Shown: piece after piece, positions 36,797-49,707 of the stretch
Layout of the letters: each line of letters opens with the position of its first letter
Numbering within the stretch: position 1 is the first letter of the stretch
Origin: Neoconidiobolus thromboides FSU 785
Lineage: Eukaryota; Fungi; Entomophthoromycota
Direction: 5' to 3'
DNA: 64,000 bases
Assembly: GCA_025603075.1 (NCBI GenBank)
Contig: MU626359.1
Span: 1 to 64,000, forward strand
Translations under genes and position numbers: made by a program
Notes under the pieces: model-generated
Told to the model about the DNA's origin: nothing
The model's database searches: none
Seen by the model: the letters and a program-made list of their open reading frames with translations, nothing else

Positions 36797-38425
36797 TTAA
36801 TACTTATTCTTATGCTTTTTAAGACCACCATCATTACCTTGAGGGGTATTAACTTCTGGTTTTGGAGTAACGGTTTCTGGAGTTTTTTCAGCGTTAGTAG
36901 AGCTTGATGATGAATCATTTGGTACTTCAGTTGGGTATTTCTTTTTACCACTTGGTGTATTAGTTTCTGGTGTCTTTCCGGCTTCAGTAGAAGTAGAAGA
37001 TGAATCTTCAGGTACATTTACTGGGTACTTATCCTTTTTAGTTGGAGTATTTGTCTCTGGTTTTGGAGTATTTCCATTTTCTGGAGTTTTACCAGCTTCG
37101 GTAGAGGTTGAAGACGAATCGGTTGGTATATTTACTGGGTATTTATCTTTTGGTTTTTCGCTAGATGGTATACCTTGTGGAACAGAGTTATTTTGTTGTG
37201 GAGTATTGTTCTGTTGTGGAGTATTGTTTTGTTGTGGAGTATTGTTTTGTTGTGGAGTATTGTTTTGTTGTGGAGTATTGTTTTGTTGTGGAGTATTGTT
37301 TTGTTGTGGAATACCATTTTCTGGAACTGAGTTATTTTGAGGGGTATTAATCTCGGGTTTTGGGGTATTACCATTTTGTGGAACTTTATCAGCTTGAGTA
37401 GAACTAGTAGAAGTTTCTTCAGGTAAATTTACTGGATACTTGTCCTTTTTAGTTGAAGTATTATCCTCTGGTTTTGGAGTATTTCCATTTTCTGGAGTGT
37501 TAGTTTCATCGGTGGAAGTAGAAGATGAATCAGTAGGTAACTCTACTGGATACTTGTCCTTTTTAGTTGAAGTATTATCCTCTAATTTTGGAGTATTTCC
37601 ATTTTCTGAAGTATTAGTTTCAGGTTTTGTAGTGTTACCACTTTCTGGGATGGATTTATCTTGTGGAGTATTAGTTTCTGTTTTTGGAGTATTTCCATTT
37701 TCAGGGGTCTTACCAGCTTCGGTGGAAGTAGAAGATGAATCAGTAGGTAACTCTACTGGATACTTGTCCTTTTTAGTTGAAGTATTATCCTCTAATTTTG
37801 GAGTATTTCCATTTTCTGAAGTATTAGTTTCAGGTTTTGTAGTGTTACCACTTTCTGGGATGGATTTATCTTGTGGAGTATTAGTTTCTGTTTTTGGAGT
37901 ATTTCCATTTTCAGGGGTCTTACCAGCTTCAGTGGAAGTAGAAGATGAATCAGTAGGTAACTCTACTGGATACTTGTTTTTGCCAGTTGGGGTATTCGTC
38001 TCTGATTTTGGAGTATTCCCATTTTCTGGAGTCTTTTCAGCATTGGTGGAGCTAGATGATGAATCTTCAGGTACATTTACTGGATACTTGTCCTTTGATT
38101 TTCCACCAATGGGTTTTTCAGCATTTGGATTGAGACCAGTTGGCACAACAATTGGTGTATTTTGAGGAGTGTTTGCATTATTATTATCAGTTGGTTTTAA
38201 AACGTCTACTACAGCAGGACCAGCCTGAGGAGTACTTCCTTTATTACTCTCCATAATTTTTTGAATAATTTGTTTTAATTGATTAACATCAGTAATTTGT
38301 TCTGGGATTTTAACACCACTTTGTGCTAAGTTAGAAGCATCAATGCTTGGATTTCTACGAAGTAAAGGGCTTCCTTGTAAAAAGGATAATAAATTTATCA
38401 AAATCAAGGCAGTGGTAGTTCTCAT
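36797..38425 (-). CDS. Secreted repetitive T/P/N/E/S-rich protein with KYP(V/T) repeat modules
   Basis: 542-aa ORF; signal peptide, LLRR dibasic site, eight K-Y-P-(V/T) modules, no Cys. Confidence 0.8.
   Translation of the reverse strand: MRTTTALILINLLSFLQGSPLLRRNPSIDASNLAQSGVKIPEQITDVNQLKQIIQKIMESNKGSTPQAGPAVVDVLKPTDNNNANTPQNTPIVVPTGLNPNAEKPIGGKSKDKYPVNVPEDSSSSSTNAEKTPENGNTPKSETNTPTGKNKYPVELPTDSSSTSTEAGKTPENGNTPKTETNTPQDKSIPESGNTTKPETNTSENGNTPKLEDNTSTKKDKYPVELPTDSSSTSTEAGKTPENGNTPKTETNTPQDKSIPESGNTTKPETNTSENGNTPKLEDNTSTKKDKYPVELPTDSSSTSTDETNTPENGNTPKPEDNTSTKKDKYPVNLPEETSTSSTQADKVPQNGNTPKPEINTPQNNSVPENGIPQQNNTPQQNNTPQQNNTPQQNNTPQQNNTPQQNNTPQQNNSVPQGIPSSEKPKDKYPVNIPTDSSSTSTEAGKTPENGNTPKPETNTPTKKDKYPVNVPEDSSSTSTEAGKTPETNTPSGKKKYPTEVPNDSSSSSTNAEKTPETVTPKPEVNTPQGNDGGLKKHKNKY
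37188..37313 (-). repeat. 18-bp coding minisatellite (PQQNNT x7)
   Basis: TTGTGGAGTATTGTTTTG units on + strand. Confidence 0.9.
37511..37977 (-). repeat. 210-bp near-perfect coding tandem repeat (~2.2 units, 70 aa each)
   Basis: GAAGATGAATCAGTAGGTAACTCTACTGGATACTTG recurs at 37521, 37731, 37941. Confidence 0.9.
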
Positions 38426-39503
38426 GTTGAATCAATCAATGTATATATTCTAGTTCCAATCAATGGGTATTTAGTAAAGTAATAAGGTGGATTGTATATA
38501 AGAAATTAATATAATATACTAGTTTTTTAAAAATTTAGTGAGTTGAAATATGATGCTTATATACTATTAACTTCTTATTTATTATATCATTAAGTATATT
38601 ATTTAACGGTTTTGTTTTATTATATTATTATAGTTTAGATATTAATTGTTCCCTTACCAATTTTTATCTTAATTGTATTGTTTATTTTAATCAATTAGTG
38701 ACGCTATTATGTGCGGTTCAACTTATATTAAATCTGCTATTTTTTTAGCTCAAGAATCCGATTTGAAATATTCAATGAAGTAGAATCGACTCATGATTGA
38801 AAGTGTAATAGTTATATTAAAAATCCGCTATTTTTTATAGTGGCTAAAAGAGCTAGCTCTCATATAGCTAATACAGATTTGTTTCAAATTTAATTAAACT
38901 AATAGTTTTGTTCTTGGAACTTGAGCTATTTTTTTAATATCAATAGAGATTTTAGAAGCTTTTATAAGTATTGGCTCTACTTGTTAAATAACTAATCAAA
39001 GCAAGATAACATTCTGAACCAAATAAGTTACTTTAATTATATATCATTCAAATAAAAGATAACTAGATATTAATAACTATAAGGTTAGTTCGACTATAAT
39101 GTTTTTATAAAAAATAGTAACGAGGGGTACAAAAGTAATTAAATATTTGTTGGAGCATAAAGTTTATGTGGAACCTATGCTTGAATAGCTCTTAAAACAG
39201 AAGGATTTTATTATTTTATTTAAACTTTCCCTGTTTAAAACTGGATGATTTTAATAAAAACAATACAATTCAAATATTCTAAATTTAACTAATTACCTTG
39301 CTAGCCGGTTCTATCTAAATAACTTAGTCCTCAAATTCACTAACTTAGGCATCTGTCATTTTCATTTTATCTAAAAAAGCACTTATTGCCATCGCCTTTC
39401 AAGAAAAAAGATGATTATATCAATATAATATTATTTATTCATCAAGATCGACATAATAGTTGATTAAGTCTAAACACTCAAGCGTTGAAAATTGATAAGA
39501 AAT

Positions 39504-39608
39504 ATATGGGTATGTATTTTTGTATTTGAGGATTTTACTAACAATTTTTCCACTCAAATAGCGTTTAAAAGATGGAAAAAATAATGAAGCCAAAAAACAT
39601 CACCATAT
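39504..39608 (+). mobile_element. MITE copy 14
   Basis: Both TIRs, ATAT/ATAT. Confidence 0.9.
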
Positions 39609-39631
39609 ATTATTTGTATAGCTTTTAATAT

Positions 39632-39737
39632 ATATGGGAGTGTTTTTTTTGACTCCATTATTTTTCCATTTTTTAAGTACTATTTAAAGCGAAAATTTGT
39701 TAGCAAAATTCTTAAACACAAAAATACATCCCCATAT
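39632..39737 (-). mobile_element. MITE copy 15
   Basis: Both TIRs, ATAT/ATAT; 23 bp from copy 14, inverted. Confidence 0.9.
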
Positions 39738-39913
39738 CTTATTATTGTGTTAACCTACATCATTTAATCTTATTTAGATCTACTGCTTACGCAACTAAAA
39801 TCTAGAATTAAAACATAAACCAACTACTGAATATTTAATAAAGGCATAATTTTATTACATTTACATTACTGATTTAACTCAAAAAATAATACAAATCTTT
39901 TCTATCGTAGCTT

Positions 39914-40554
39914 TTATCGATATCTTAGGCACAAGCAACTAAAAATGGGCGTAGCACCCGTTTTTGAAGCATCAAGAGCTTTAATACAGAACATGTTATA
40001 TTCAGCTCGTAGTTTATACTTGTCGTGATAGTCAGTATTACAAAAGTTTGTGTATATGCTGATGACTTTAAAGTAGTGTTTGTGGTAATCGGTAGTAGGT
40101 TTGCACTCTTTAAAATTTAAATCGAAGTACATTTCACTGGAAATAGGTTCACTTGCAATATTATCTCCAAAGCTTCTGATACCGTTACTATTGGTATTTC
40201 GTTGAATCAGCTCAAGTTCCTCTATTTATTCCTTAAACCTACTGAAAACTAGCTTCTCTTCAATACTAATACACATGTTTTACTATTGATCTATGATAGA
40301 AAAGGCTATAGTAAGAGTCACTGCAGGTCTTAAGAATACCAGATAAGTCATCTTTACTTCTAGCTTGAGATATATATTATTTGAATCAACGATTATTAGC
40401 AAATGGTTGGCCGTCACAGTTATGTAAAATGATCTTTTAAAAAGATGCATAGCTTTATCATCAATAGGTCTTAAACTATGATGGCTAAAGGGGAATACTG
40501 TAATAGTGTAAGTTAAGAAAACTAAGAAGTAAACACAATATCATTAAATTTCCT
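39914..40554 (-). pseudogene. Small secreted protein family member A (pseudogene)
   Basis: FPFSHHSLRPIDDK, DGQPFANNR*FK*YISQARSKDDLSGILKTCSDSYY and KECKPTTDY align with 61249-61818; AGG in place of the start codon, stops and frameshifts. Confidence 0.8.
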
Positions 40555-40645
40555 TTTCGTTTATATAGTTTGGTAGATAGTCCTGTTTTATGTTTCCAAA
40601 ATTAAACCCTTAATGAGTGATTACTTTGTGTTCAGTAAGTTCGAA

Positions 40646-40747
40646 ATATGGGGATGTATTTTTTTGTTTAAGAATTTTACTAACCTTTCCACTCAAATAA
40701 CGCTTAAAAATAGAAAAGTAATGAAGCCAAAAAAAACATCCTCATAT
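40646..40747 (+). mobile_element. MITE copy 16
   Basis: GGGGATGT...CATCCTC, ATAT/ATAT; 92 bp upstream of member A. Confidence 0.9.
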
Positions 40748-41983
40748 TATACTTAAATTAGCTATAATGGCTCAATTTGAATTTAACTTTGTTTGTTTAA
40801 ACTACAAGGCGTTATCTACAATAAAAGGTACTTCAACTATTCTGATATATTTTATGATTCTATTTGTAATTTTTTTATCAAGTCAAAATATACAAATATA
40901 GTTGCCAAATGAACTAATTGAAAAAACTGAATGCCCAGAATTAAAACATTTGTACACAAATGATAAATATTATAATAAAACTAGTAAAAAGAGAATATAA
41001 ATAAATAAAAGATTATAGAAAATTTATGTTCAATATTATGATGTTTGTATGATTTACCTTTATTAAAAGCATTAAAAAAAGTTGTAAACTACAAGTTTTA
41101 AGCATATATTTTGAATTTTACTTATTTAAAAATGTTAATTTATCAATAATCAATGCGTTTTTTAAACAATATATATATTGCTTATGAATATTGCTTATAA
41201 TATAGTATTAATATCATAGCATAGCATTTGAATAATAAAACAGTCAACTTTCAAATACTCCAGTCATTAAAAATAACTAATAAAATTTAACTAAATTTGA
41301 CATTATTTAAAATCGTAAGCCAACCTTTAACAAATTGATTATAAGATTTCAATTTTTTTCTTATGAATTTTCATAATATGATAATATCATTATAAATTGA
41401 TCTTGAAATAATTTACATTCAATAATCATATGTTTGACTTTTATTTGCAATACCTTAACTTCATTCTCTCAGTTTGTTTAAGCTTTTTTCTTATCCTTAG
41501 AGTCCCTTCATATTTTTATTATCCTAGCTAACTTCTGGGCCATTCAGCCTTATCGCATCAAGTTTCTACCCTTATGGCATCTAAATATCAGCTTTTTATG
41601 TAGCCATTTTATCATGCGCCTATTCGCATTTAAGTTTAGATGTGGATGTAAAAGTTATACAGGACAGCACTATAGATTTTTAATAAAAATGAATTGAAAA
41701 TTATAAGGATTCAAAATCAACATTGCTTCATCAAATAGGATTTAAATACTTTAAAGACTAAATTATAAACAGTTGTATGGTTTAAAAATATGCAATGCTA
41801 CATTTAGAATAGCTGTTTATCATACAAGTAAATTAATCGTTTAATCAATTATCAAATTTTAAATACAAATATAATAATTTTCCTTTTTAGGAAAAATTCA
41901 AAATTCAATTTCGAATCTAATGATTCAAATAGGATAAAAATCACTCAAAATCAAGGATTTTAGAAAACTTCTTTCTTTAAATC

Positions 41984-44195
41984 ATGACTGAAGAAAATCA
42001 AACACAACCTAATGATAAAGAGTATCTTAATTTAAATTATCAACAATGGACCTTTGGAACTACAAAGAATCCAGATGAGAGTAAGCTATTTTGATTTTCA
42101 ATTATTGATAAGATTATAATTAATAAAAAATAAACTAGTTTTAAATTTATTACCTGAGTTTCAATTGGATCCAAAAGAAGAAGAAGATAGTAATTCAACA
42201 GAAGAAGTAGATGAATCATTTCTTAATGAACAAAAAGAAGATCAAGGTTTTTTAAATTATATGGCTAATTATTTGGAAAAAGTAGATGTCTCTTATTTGT
42301 AAGTTGGATGATTTATTATTATATAATTTATTTGATGTATTATTAATTTATTAGAAAATTCAAACCTATTGATAATATAGATGGAGATAGAAAACAAAAC
42401 TATCAATCTAGTTTACCACCTTTAGCTGAGGGTATTTTAAGAGGTTCGACAATGAGATATAAACAGCTGTTGACAATAAGTAAGCTCAATGAAGTTTATA
42501 TAATACTTCAAGTCGTAATCTTTATATCCATTTTAGATAAGTTAACAATAGAAACAAACGATTTAAATCCAGAAAAAATAATAGAAGATTACTTAAAACC
42601 ATTTGAAAATGAAGAAGAAAGTGAATTTGATCAATCTTTTGGAGTAAAAAACAATAACGACAGTAATTTTTATTTTATTTTTTATACAATTAAAATTAAT
42701 AATAAATTATAAAGATATGGGTAATGAGGATGATTCGAATGAAAATGGTAAGTATAGATTATTACTAAATTATATGCATTGATATATATTCAAAATATTA
42801 AATGTATTTTTGATGTTACTAATGCTTATTATTACATACTAAATTATGCATTAATCGATTACTTATTTAAACGTAGATATATTAAATACATCGGGTACAT
42901 TTGAACAAAAAGTGAAAACAGAAGAAGAAGTCAAACAGGGTAATTTAATTCAAATACATCGAAGCTCAATTGTAAAAATTTAATTAGAAAATATGAATGA
43001 ATTAAAAAAATATATGCTAGAAATTAATGAATTTGAAAGTCAAATGAGTGGGGATAAAGAATATTTACCAGAAGAAGACTTGTTATATATTGATTTGGAT
43101 ATGACTTTAATATCTAATTCACCTTTGATGAAATTACAAAAATTATTTGGTAAAGTAAGTAAATATGATGGATTTGATTTGATAGATAAGGATATGCTTT
43201 CGAATATATTTTATTTATTGCATAATTGTATCAAATATGCGGAATTTAAGACTTTGTTTGAAATCAATTCAAATTGTAACATAACTTTTACAGAGGATAA
43301 TTTGGAAGAAGAATTTCAATCTGTTTGCACAACAATTAAATATGGTTTGTTAGCGACTAATTTAACACTAAGCATAGCCAATAAGTTAGAGATTAACCGA
43401 TGTTTATACAGTGAAAACATTATGACTTCATCTCTAAGTTTCATACGAAATCAATTAACTTTCACATTATTTCCATCGATTGAAGTAGTCAAAGGAGGGT
43501 TTAATACAGCCAAATTCACAAATTTGTCGAAATCATTTATGAGAACATTGCAATATAATTTATCACAATTATCTAATGTTGCGTTTCAAGTTGCCAATTT
43601 TTTTCATGATTTTAAATTATTTATAAAAGATAGTGAAATTGGATTAAGTATTGTAATAACATTAAGTTATATTTGTATATCTAGTTTATTTGTGGATTTA
43701 ACTGGGGGTAAAAAATACACAATATTTAGTAAAGGTTCTGGTAGTTTGTTTAAAAAACAATTCCAGGGAACTCTAGAAATTGTAAGTTTTGATTTTTTTT
43801 GTTAGATTTGCTAATTTAAGTTAATAATAATATAGATATTTACTAATTATCCAGATCAAAGATCTTGGATACTTGAGGAAATATTAGCTTCTTTAATTAA
43901 ATTACCACTAAATAAAAGAACAAGTAAAACTCATAGGTAAATATGTTTATGATAAATATTTAAAATATAATAATTGTAATCTAACAATGATACAATACTA
44001 AACATAAATATAAATAGGTTAATTGATGGAAGATTTTTACATTCTTCTACAGTATTAATACTTCAATTAATACAAAATATGTTTGAGAATTCTATTTCTA
44101 AATGGGTATTAGAATCTAAAGATTACCAAGAATTTGCTGTCGATCAATTTTCTCCAAAATCAAATGCATTTCGTCAAATAACTGATAAAGTAAAT

Positions 44196-44228
<33 letters not shown>

Positions 44229-47200
44229 GTAATAACAATAATTTTTATTAACATTTTGTTATATTTGTTGTCATTTAGCTATATTCAAATTGGAAATATC
44301 ATATTGAAGAAGCAAGTAAAATTATTGGATTTACTTTGAAGTATTTATTTTCAAGGTAATTTAACTATTTTGTTAACCTTATTATATTTATTTAATAGTA
44401 AATTGTAATAGAATTATAAAAAACAAAAATCAAAACGATAGTGAATATCGAATCATATTAGATAATATACTTGAAGATTCATTAACTATATTAAATTTAC
44501 CAGAATGGCCAGGAGCGGAAATATTATTAAGAGTCATGACTACAATTTTAGTTGGATTTGCTGATGATTCAACAACAGAGCAACAACTTAAAGGGTTTGC
44601 TATTGAATATCTAGGACATATAGCAGCAAGAATAAAAAAGCATAACATTCAATCTTTAGAATCTGATTATCTTGAAGAATGTACAAAAAGTTCAAAAAGT
44701 CATGATTCAGAAATCATTGCTACTTTAGCTCAACTTCCGGAATCGCTTTCATTATCACTTCCTATTAGTTCCATTGAAACTTTATTAGTATGCGAAGATA
44801 AAATACAATTGTATTTACAAGCACTTTCAACAGAAGATTCTTTGTATGAAGTAATTTTTATTTTGTATTTAATACTATTTTATAATAATTGTATTCTTAA
44901 AGGGAGCAAGGAAACTTCATTTGTGCCAATTTGGTATGACTCTACTTAAAATTTATCATGAGTCTACTCAAAATGATAGCAATAGTAAAGAAGTGGCAAA
45001 GCAATCATTAAATAAACGAAGTACTGAGATGATCAATTCCTATTTAGCAAAAGTCATAGCTTTATCTTGTACTAAAAATACAATTGATTCAATTAAAGTA
45101 TCTGAGCAACTAGAAACACAAAATAGAGATATTATTTGTATATTAAATGAAGCAATAGCCTTTAGAAAGCCATTATATCAATGTTTTAATTCAATATTAT
45201 CAAGAATATTATTATGTTTGGAAATGAATGTATTATCCTATCGATCTAAATCAATTAAAGCAATAACACAGATAGTATCTAATCATCCTGAGATAATTAA
45301 TATACCAAAACTAAGATCATCAATACTTTATAGAATACAAGATACATCAGCTTCTGTGAGAGATTCAGCAGTAGACTTGATTGGAAGATATATGAATTTA
45401 AAGCCAGAAACGATACCTGAATGTTATAAAATTGTTAGTGAAAGAGTATTAGATATTGCAACAGCAGTTAGAAAAAGAGTAGTTCGATTATTAAGGGATT
45501 TATATTCAACAATTAAAGATCGTAATTTAATGATTGACATTTGTTGTAAAATATTAAACAGAACGTATGATGATGAATTTCATGTTAGGGAATTAGCTAT
45601 TAAAATATTGCAAGATATTTGGTTTATGCCATTAAAAAAATATAAATTACCACTTGATTATGATTTAAATACTTTAAATGATTCTAAAATAAAATTTGAA
45701 AGTATTTCCATTTTAGGGCAAAAAGAATTAATTGAAAGGGTATCTATCATAATTGATGTTGTTAAAGTAACATGTGTATCTTTAGAAACAGATCAAGTTA
45801 TTGTTGATTTTATATCCAAATCATTAGATAAACCAAAAGATAATAAAAACGAAGCTTATAAACGATGGGGAAGTAACATGATTATGGCCAAATTAACTGT
45901 GAGTTGTTTATTAAATCAATTAGTTAATTTACCAGAAAACATTAATGTCAATATTATTTCAAGTATATTAAAATGTATTTATACTTTTTGCTCATCAAAA
46001 AGTTCTTTAATACCAATCAATCATATACCTACTTTAGAGCCTTATTTAGGTTGTTTTAACGAACCTTCAGAGCAAATGAATATGTATTATGTATTAAAGA
46101 TATATAATCAAGTAATTGCTAATGCTAGTTATAATTATCCTAAATTATTAAGCTCCATTGAAGGTACTTTATTAAATTCATTACCTAAATTATCCCCTAT
46201 TGTATTATGTGAAGCTATTCCATGTTTATGTGTTGTTTCAGAAATGATTGGTAGTATTGAACTAAAGATTAGTAAATTATATCAGTCATGTATAGAACTA
46301 CTGAAAAAAGAAAAGGTTAACTTTGAAAAGCATGGTATACTTTCAGCAGAAAAGAATACAATACGATTATTATTAATTTGTAGTTTAGTTAGCCAAAATA
46401 TTGATAAAAAAAGAGGATCTAAAAATATTAACAGAAGATTCATTAATAATCAAAAGCTTTTAGATGAAGTTTATGAACTTATATTATTCTTTACAAATAA
46501 GGATATGAAAATGATGGTACGATTAGCAGCTATTCAAAGTTTAGGGTTTGTTATGTTAGAATATCAAAGTTATTTTATTAAAGAAGAATCCTTTGAATTA
46601 TTTTCAAATATTTTATTATCAAAAAATAAGGATATTAAATTGAAATTTTTAAATTTACTTTATGATTATTTAGCACAAGAATCGCCAACTATAACGGATA
46701 TATTAAACAAAACAGAAGATAAAAAGATAATCGGTTTAGAAGATTTAATTGGTAATACAGAACAAATGGGAGAATCAAGTATCATATGTTCTGTTATGCA
46801 ATATTGTTTAGAAAATATATTAAATTGTGGATTAAGTGGAATTCATTCGTTACAAATGAGAGCATTAAAAGTAATTAAACCAATTGTTGAACAGGGTCAT
46901 GTTAATCCATTAATGTGTTTACCAGTATTAATTGGCCTAACTACAAGTGAAGATAAAAGTTTAAGTAATTTGGCTTATTTTATTTATACAAGTATAGCTA
47001 TTCGATTTGAATCTATTGCTTATTCAAAAAATATTGAAGCTGTGCAAGTTACTTATCAATATCATTTAAAAGTTATGGAAAATGAGAGCCTATTTGGGTT
47101 TAGACAATCAGATAATGAATTTCCAGTGGGTTTATTAAATGATTTTTATAAATTTATTCGTCATAGTAAACAACGTAGAAATGAATTATTTCATTCTATT

Positions 47201-48153
47201 ATTAAAAACTTCGAATATGATTTTAAACAAAATCTAAATGGAGTAAATACTATTTAGTAATAATAGTAATATAAATAATTGTTTATTTTTTAGGTGGATG
47301 TTCAATATCATAAATTTATATTGGAAAATTTAGCGTTTTTAGAATATAAAACATTAGATGAACCAATTTATTTAATTACATTAATTAATCAAGTAATTTC
47401 TACAACAGGTGCTGATGTAATTCATTATATTGATAACGAAGATAAAAAAGGTAGTTTAAATAACAGCGATATTATAGTATACGTTGATATTAACTTTGTA
47501 AAATAGAAGAAGACAATATTTCCGATTTATTATTAGCTAAACTTTCTGACTCAATGAGTTGTTTATTAATTTTGAAAATTAATCTACAAATGCTATATAC
47601 TATTAGTAGTTCGTAAGTTTATAAATTGTTAATAATGGCAATAATAATAAATAATAACCTTAACTTTAATATAGTAAATTGATGACATATAGAACAGAAG
47701 ATAGTAAATTATTTAAAGATAAACCATTGACTAAATATACTGGATTTGACCCAACGGGTGATTGGACAAGTTTTAAATTTTCTTTTGGTACAGTTGAAGA
47801 CGAAATAGCATTAAATATTGCTAGTGAAAGAGTAATTCTATTTAAATAATAGAAATACATATTTGACTTATTATTATTAGTTTAAAACCTTTTTGTCCCG
47901 AGATAGCTCTTCCTTATTAGATTGTGAAGATGTTTATTCCAACGATACTTCTCATTTAAGAAAGTATCAATTACGTACCAGAAATAAAATCAAAAAAGCA
48001 TCTGCTTCAAAGGCTGCCATGAAATATCAAGAGGATACAACAGACGAAGAAGAGTGGGAAGGGGATAGTGATGAAGAAAGCGAAAATAGTGAAGAGGATA
48101 ATAGTGATGAAGATTTCATGCCAAGGTTTCCAATTTCTGCTTTGAAAAAATAA
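41984..48153 (+). CDS. SCC2: Cohesin loader subunit Scc2/NIPBL/Mis4, multi-exon
   Basis: RSKSIKAITQIV...DTSASVRDSAVDLIG...DIATAVRKRVVRLLRD cohesin HEAT signature; WILEEILASL-type and Nipped-B C-terminal motifs; short GT-AG introns (first three exon junctions checked, remainder approximate); acidic tail. Confidence 0.93.
44199..44240. repeat. (AAT)n microsatellite in an SCC2 intron
   Basis: Run of AAT triplets following the GT donor. Confidence 0.8.
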
Positions 48154-48398
48154 AGATGATCTAGCTTACAAAAAGAATAATAAAATGTTAAAGGCTATGT
48201 TAGATATCAATGCTTATTTTCGATTATTATTTGTTTTATTTTATTTTAACTAACAGCTACAGAGTGTCTATGTTTAATATAGGATGTTCTAAATTAACAC
48301 AATATAGTAAACAAAGAACCAGCTAGATAATGTTACTAAACTTGAGAAAAAAATAGTTCAGAATGCTATAACTTATTACCTTCAAAGTAGACTGCTGT

Positions 48399-48503
48399 AT
48401 GTTGAGATGTATTTTTATATCTAAGAATTTTACCAACAATTTTTCCGCTTAAATAGCGCTTAAAAAATGGAAAAAATAATGAAGTCAAAAAACACTTCCA
48501 TAT
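48399..48503 (+). mobile_element. MITE copy 17
   Basis: Full core, diverged ends. Confidence 0.85.
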
Positions 48504-48679
48504 AACAAAATCTATCTTTTAATAATCAATAATAATAATCTTAATAGTTAGTAATTTTTGTAATTTGATAAATTAACATTCATTTTTTATCAAGTATTTT
48601 TGTATTATTATATTAGTAAGTTGTTCTTTAAATATATATAACAATTAAATTTTTTCAAAGCATTAAAAAATAAATAAAA

Positions 48680-48780
48680 ATATAGGGGCGTTTTTTTGGG
48701 TTCATCACTTTTTCCATCTTTTGAGCGCTATTTAAGCAGAAAAATTGTTAGTAAAATTAAACAAAAATACATTCTCTTAT
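48680..48780 (-). mobile_element. MITE copy 18
   Basis: Full core, diverged ends. Confidence 0.8.
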
Positions 48781-48896
48781 CGTAAAAGTCAAACTTGAGT
48801 AATTTGATTTTTAATACTATAAATTTATTGAATTTACAATTAAATGGTCTCAAAAATTATAAACAAGAAAAGCACTATAACTATAGAAACATCATA

Positions 48897-49707
48897 TTAA
48901 GCTTCTATAGTATAATTTGGTGGCATTTTAGGTTCTAAATTAACCCTATTCTTCCTCAGACCGCAATCATTAGCCCATTGAAACTTAAAGGGTTGTTTCC
49001 CAAAATTAAATTGAATAGAGCAAACTCCATTCGAATAAATAGTAGGATAAAATTGACTTTCTTCGGTTTTAAAATTAATCAATTCGCTTGCGATACCATC
49101 TAATGTGTAGTAGAGCTGGGATCGATAGTTATTATAATATAAACCAATGACTGTAGGAGGAGGGCGGTTAATATGATAAAGCTGTAAGAGTGGATGATGA
49201 TGGCAGTGGATGGTACCAGTGTTGATATGTAAGCTGATACTATTAGGCGAGTTGCCTTAAAGTAATAAAAGTTGTCAGTAATTGTCATTAAGTTATATGT
49301 AATTAAATATTTTACTTTTTTAACTTACCTATCTCATTAGAGTTCAAAACATCCTTCATTGCTAATCCGAAATAAAGGTTGCTAGTAGGAGATAGTTCAA
49401 GGATAGTAATTTCTAAATAAATAAATCCATTCCTCTCAACTGGTAGTTCTGTTTGTACATTAGAAGAAGAGTAGAAATTTATTTTATCTTCAGGATCAAT
49501 AGTTAATTTGGTGAAATTGTTAGCAGTTAGTATGAATTCAGGGTAGTAGGGTGAGGTAGGGGAAGGGGATTGGGAGGAAGAAAGACCATTCTTGAGATTT
49601 CTGAAATAGATGTATAGGCGATGAAGAAGTATAAGGATAGATATGAGGATCAAGATAGCTAATATTGGATAAAATATAGAACGAAAAAGTTGATTAGGAT
49701 CAGACAT
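48897..49707 (-). CDS. SSH4/EAR1-like SPRY protein, paralog 4 (exons 49707-49329, 49255-48897)
   Basis: TM, YLEITI, YFGLA, FYPTIYS, FNFG, PPNY; same-phase intron splices in frame. Confidence 0.8.
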
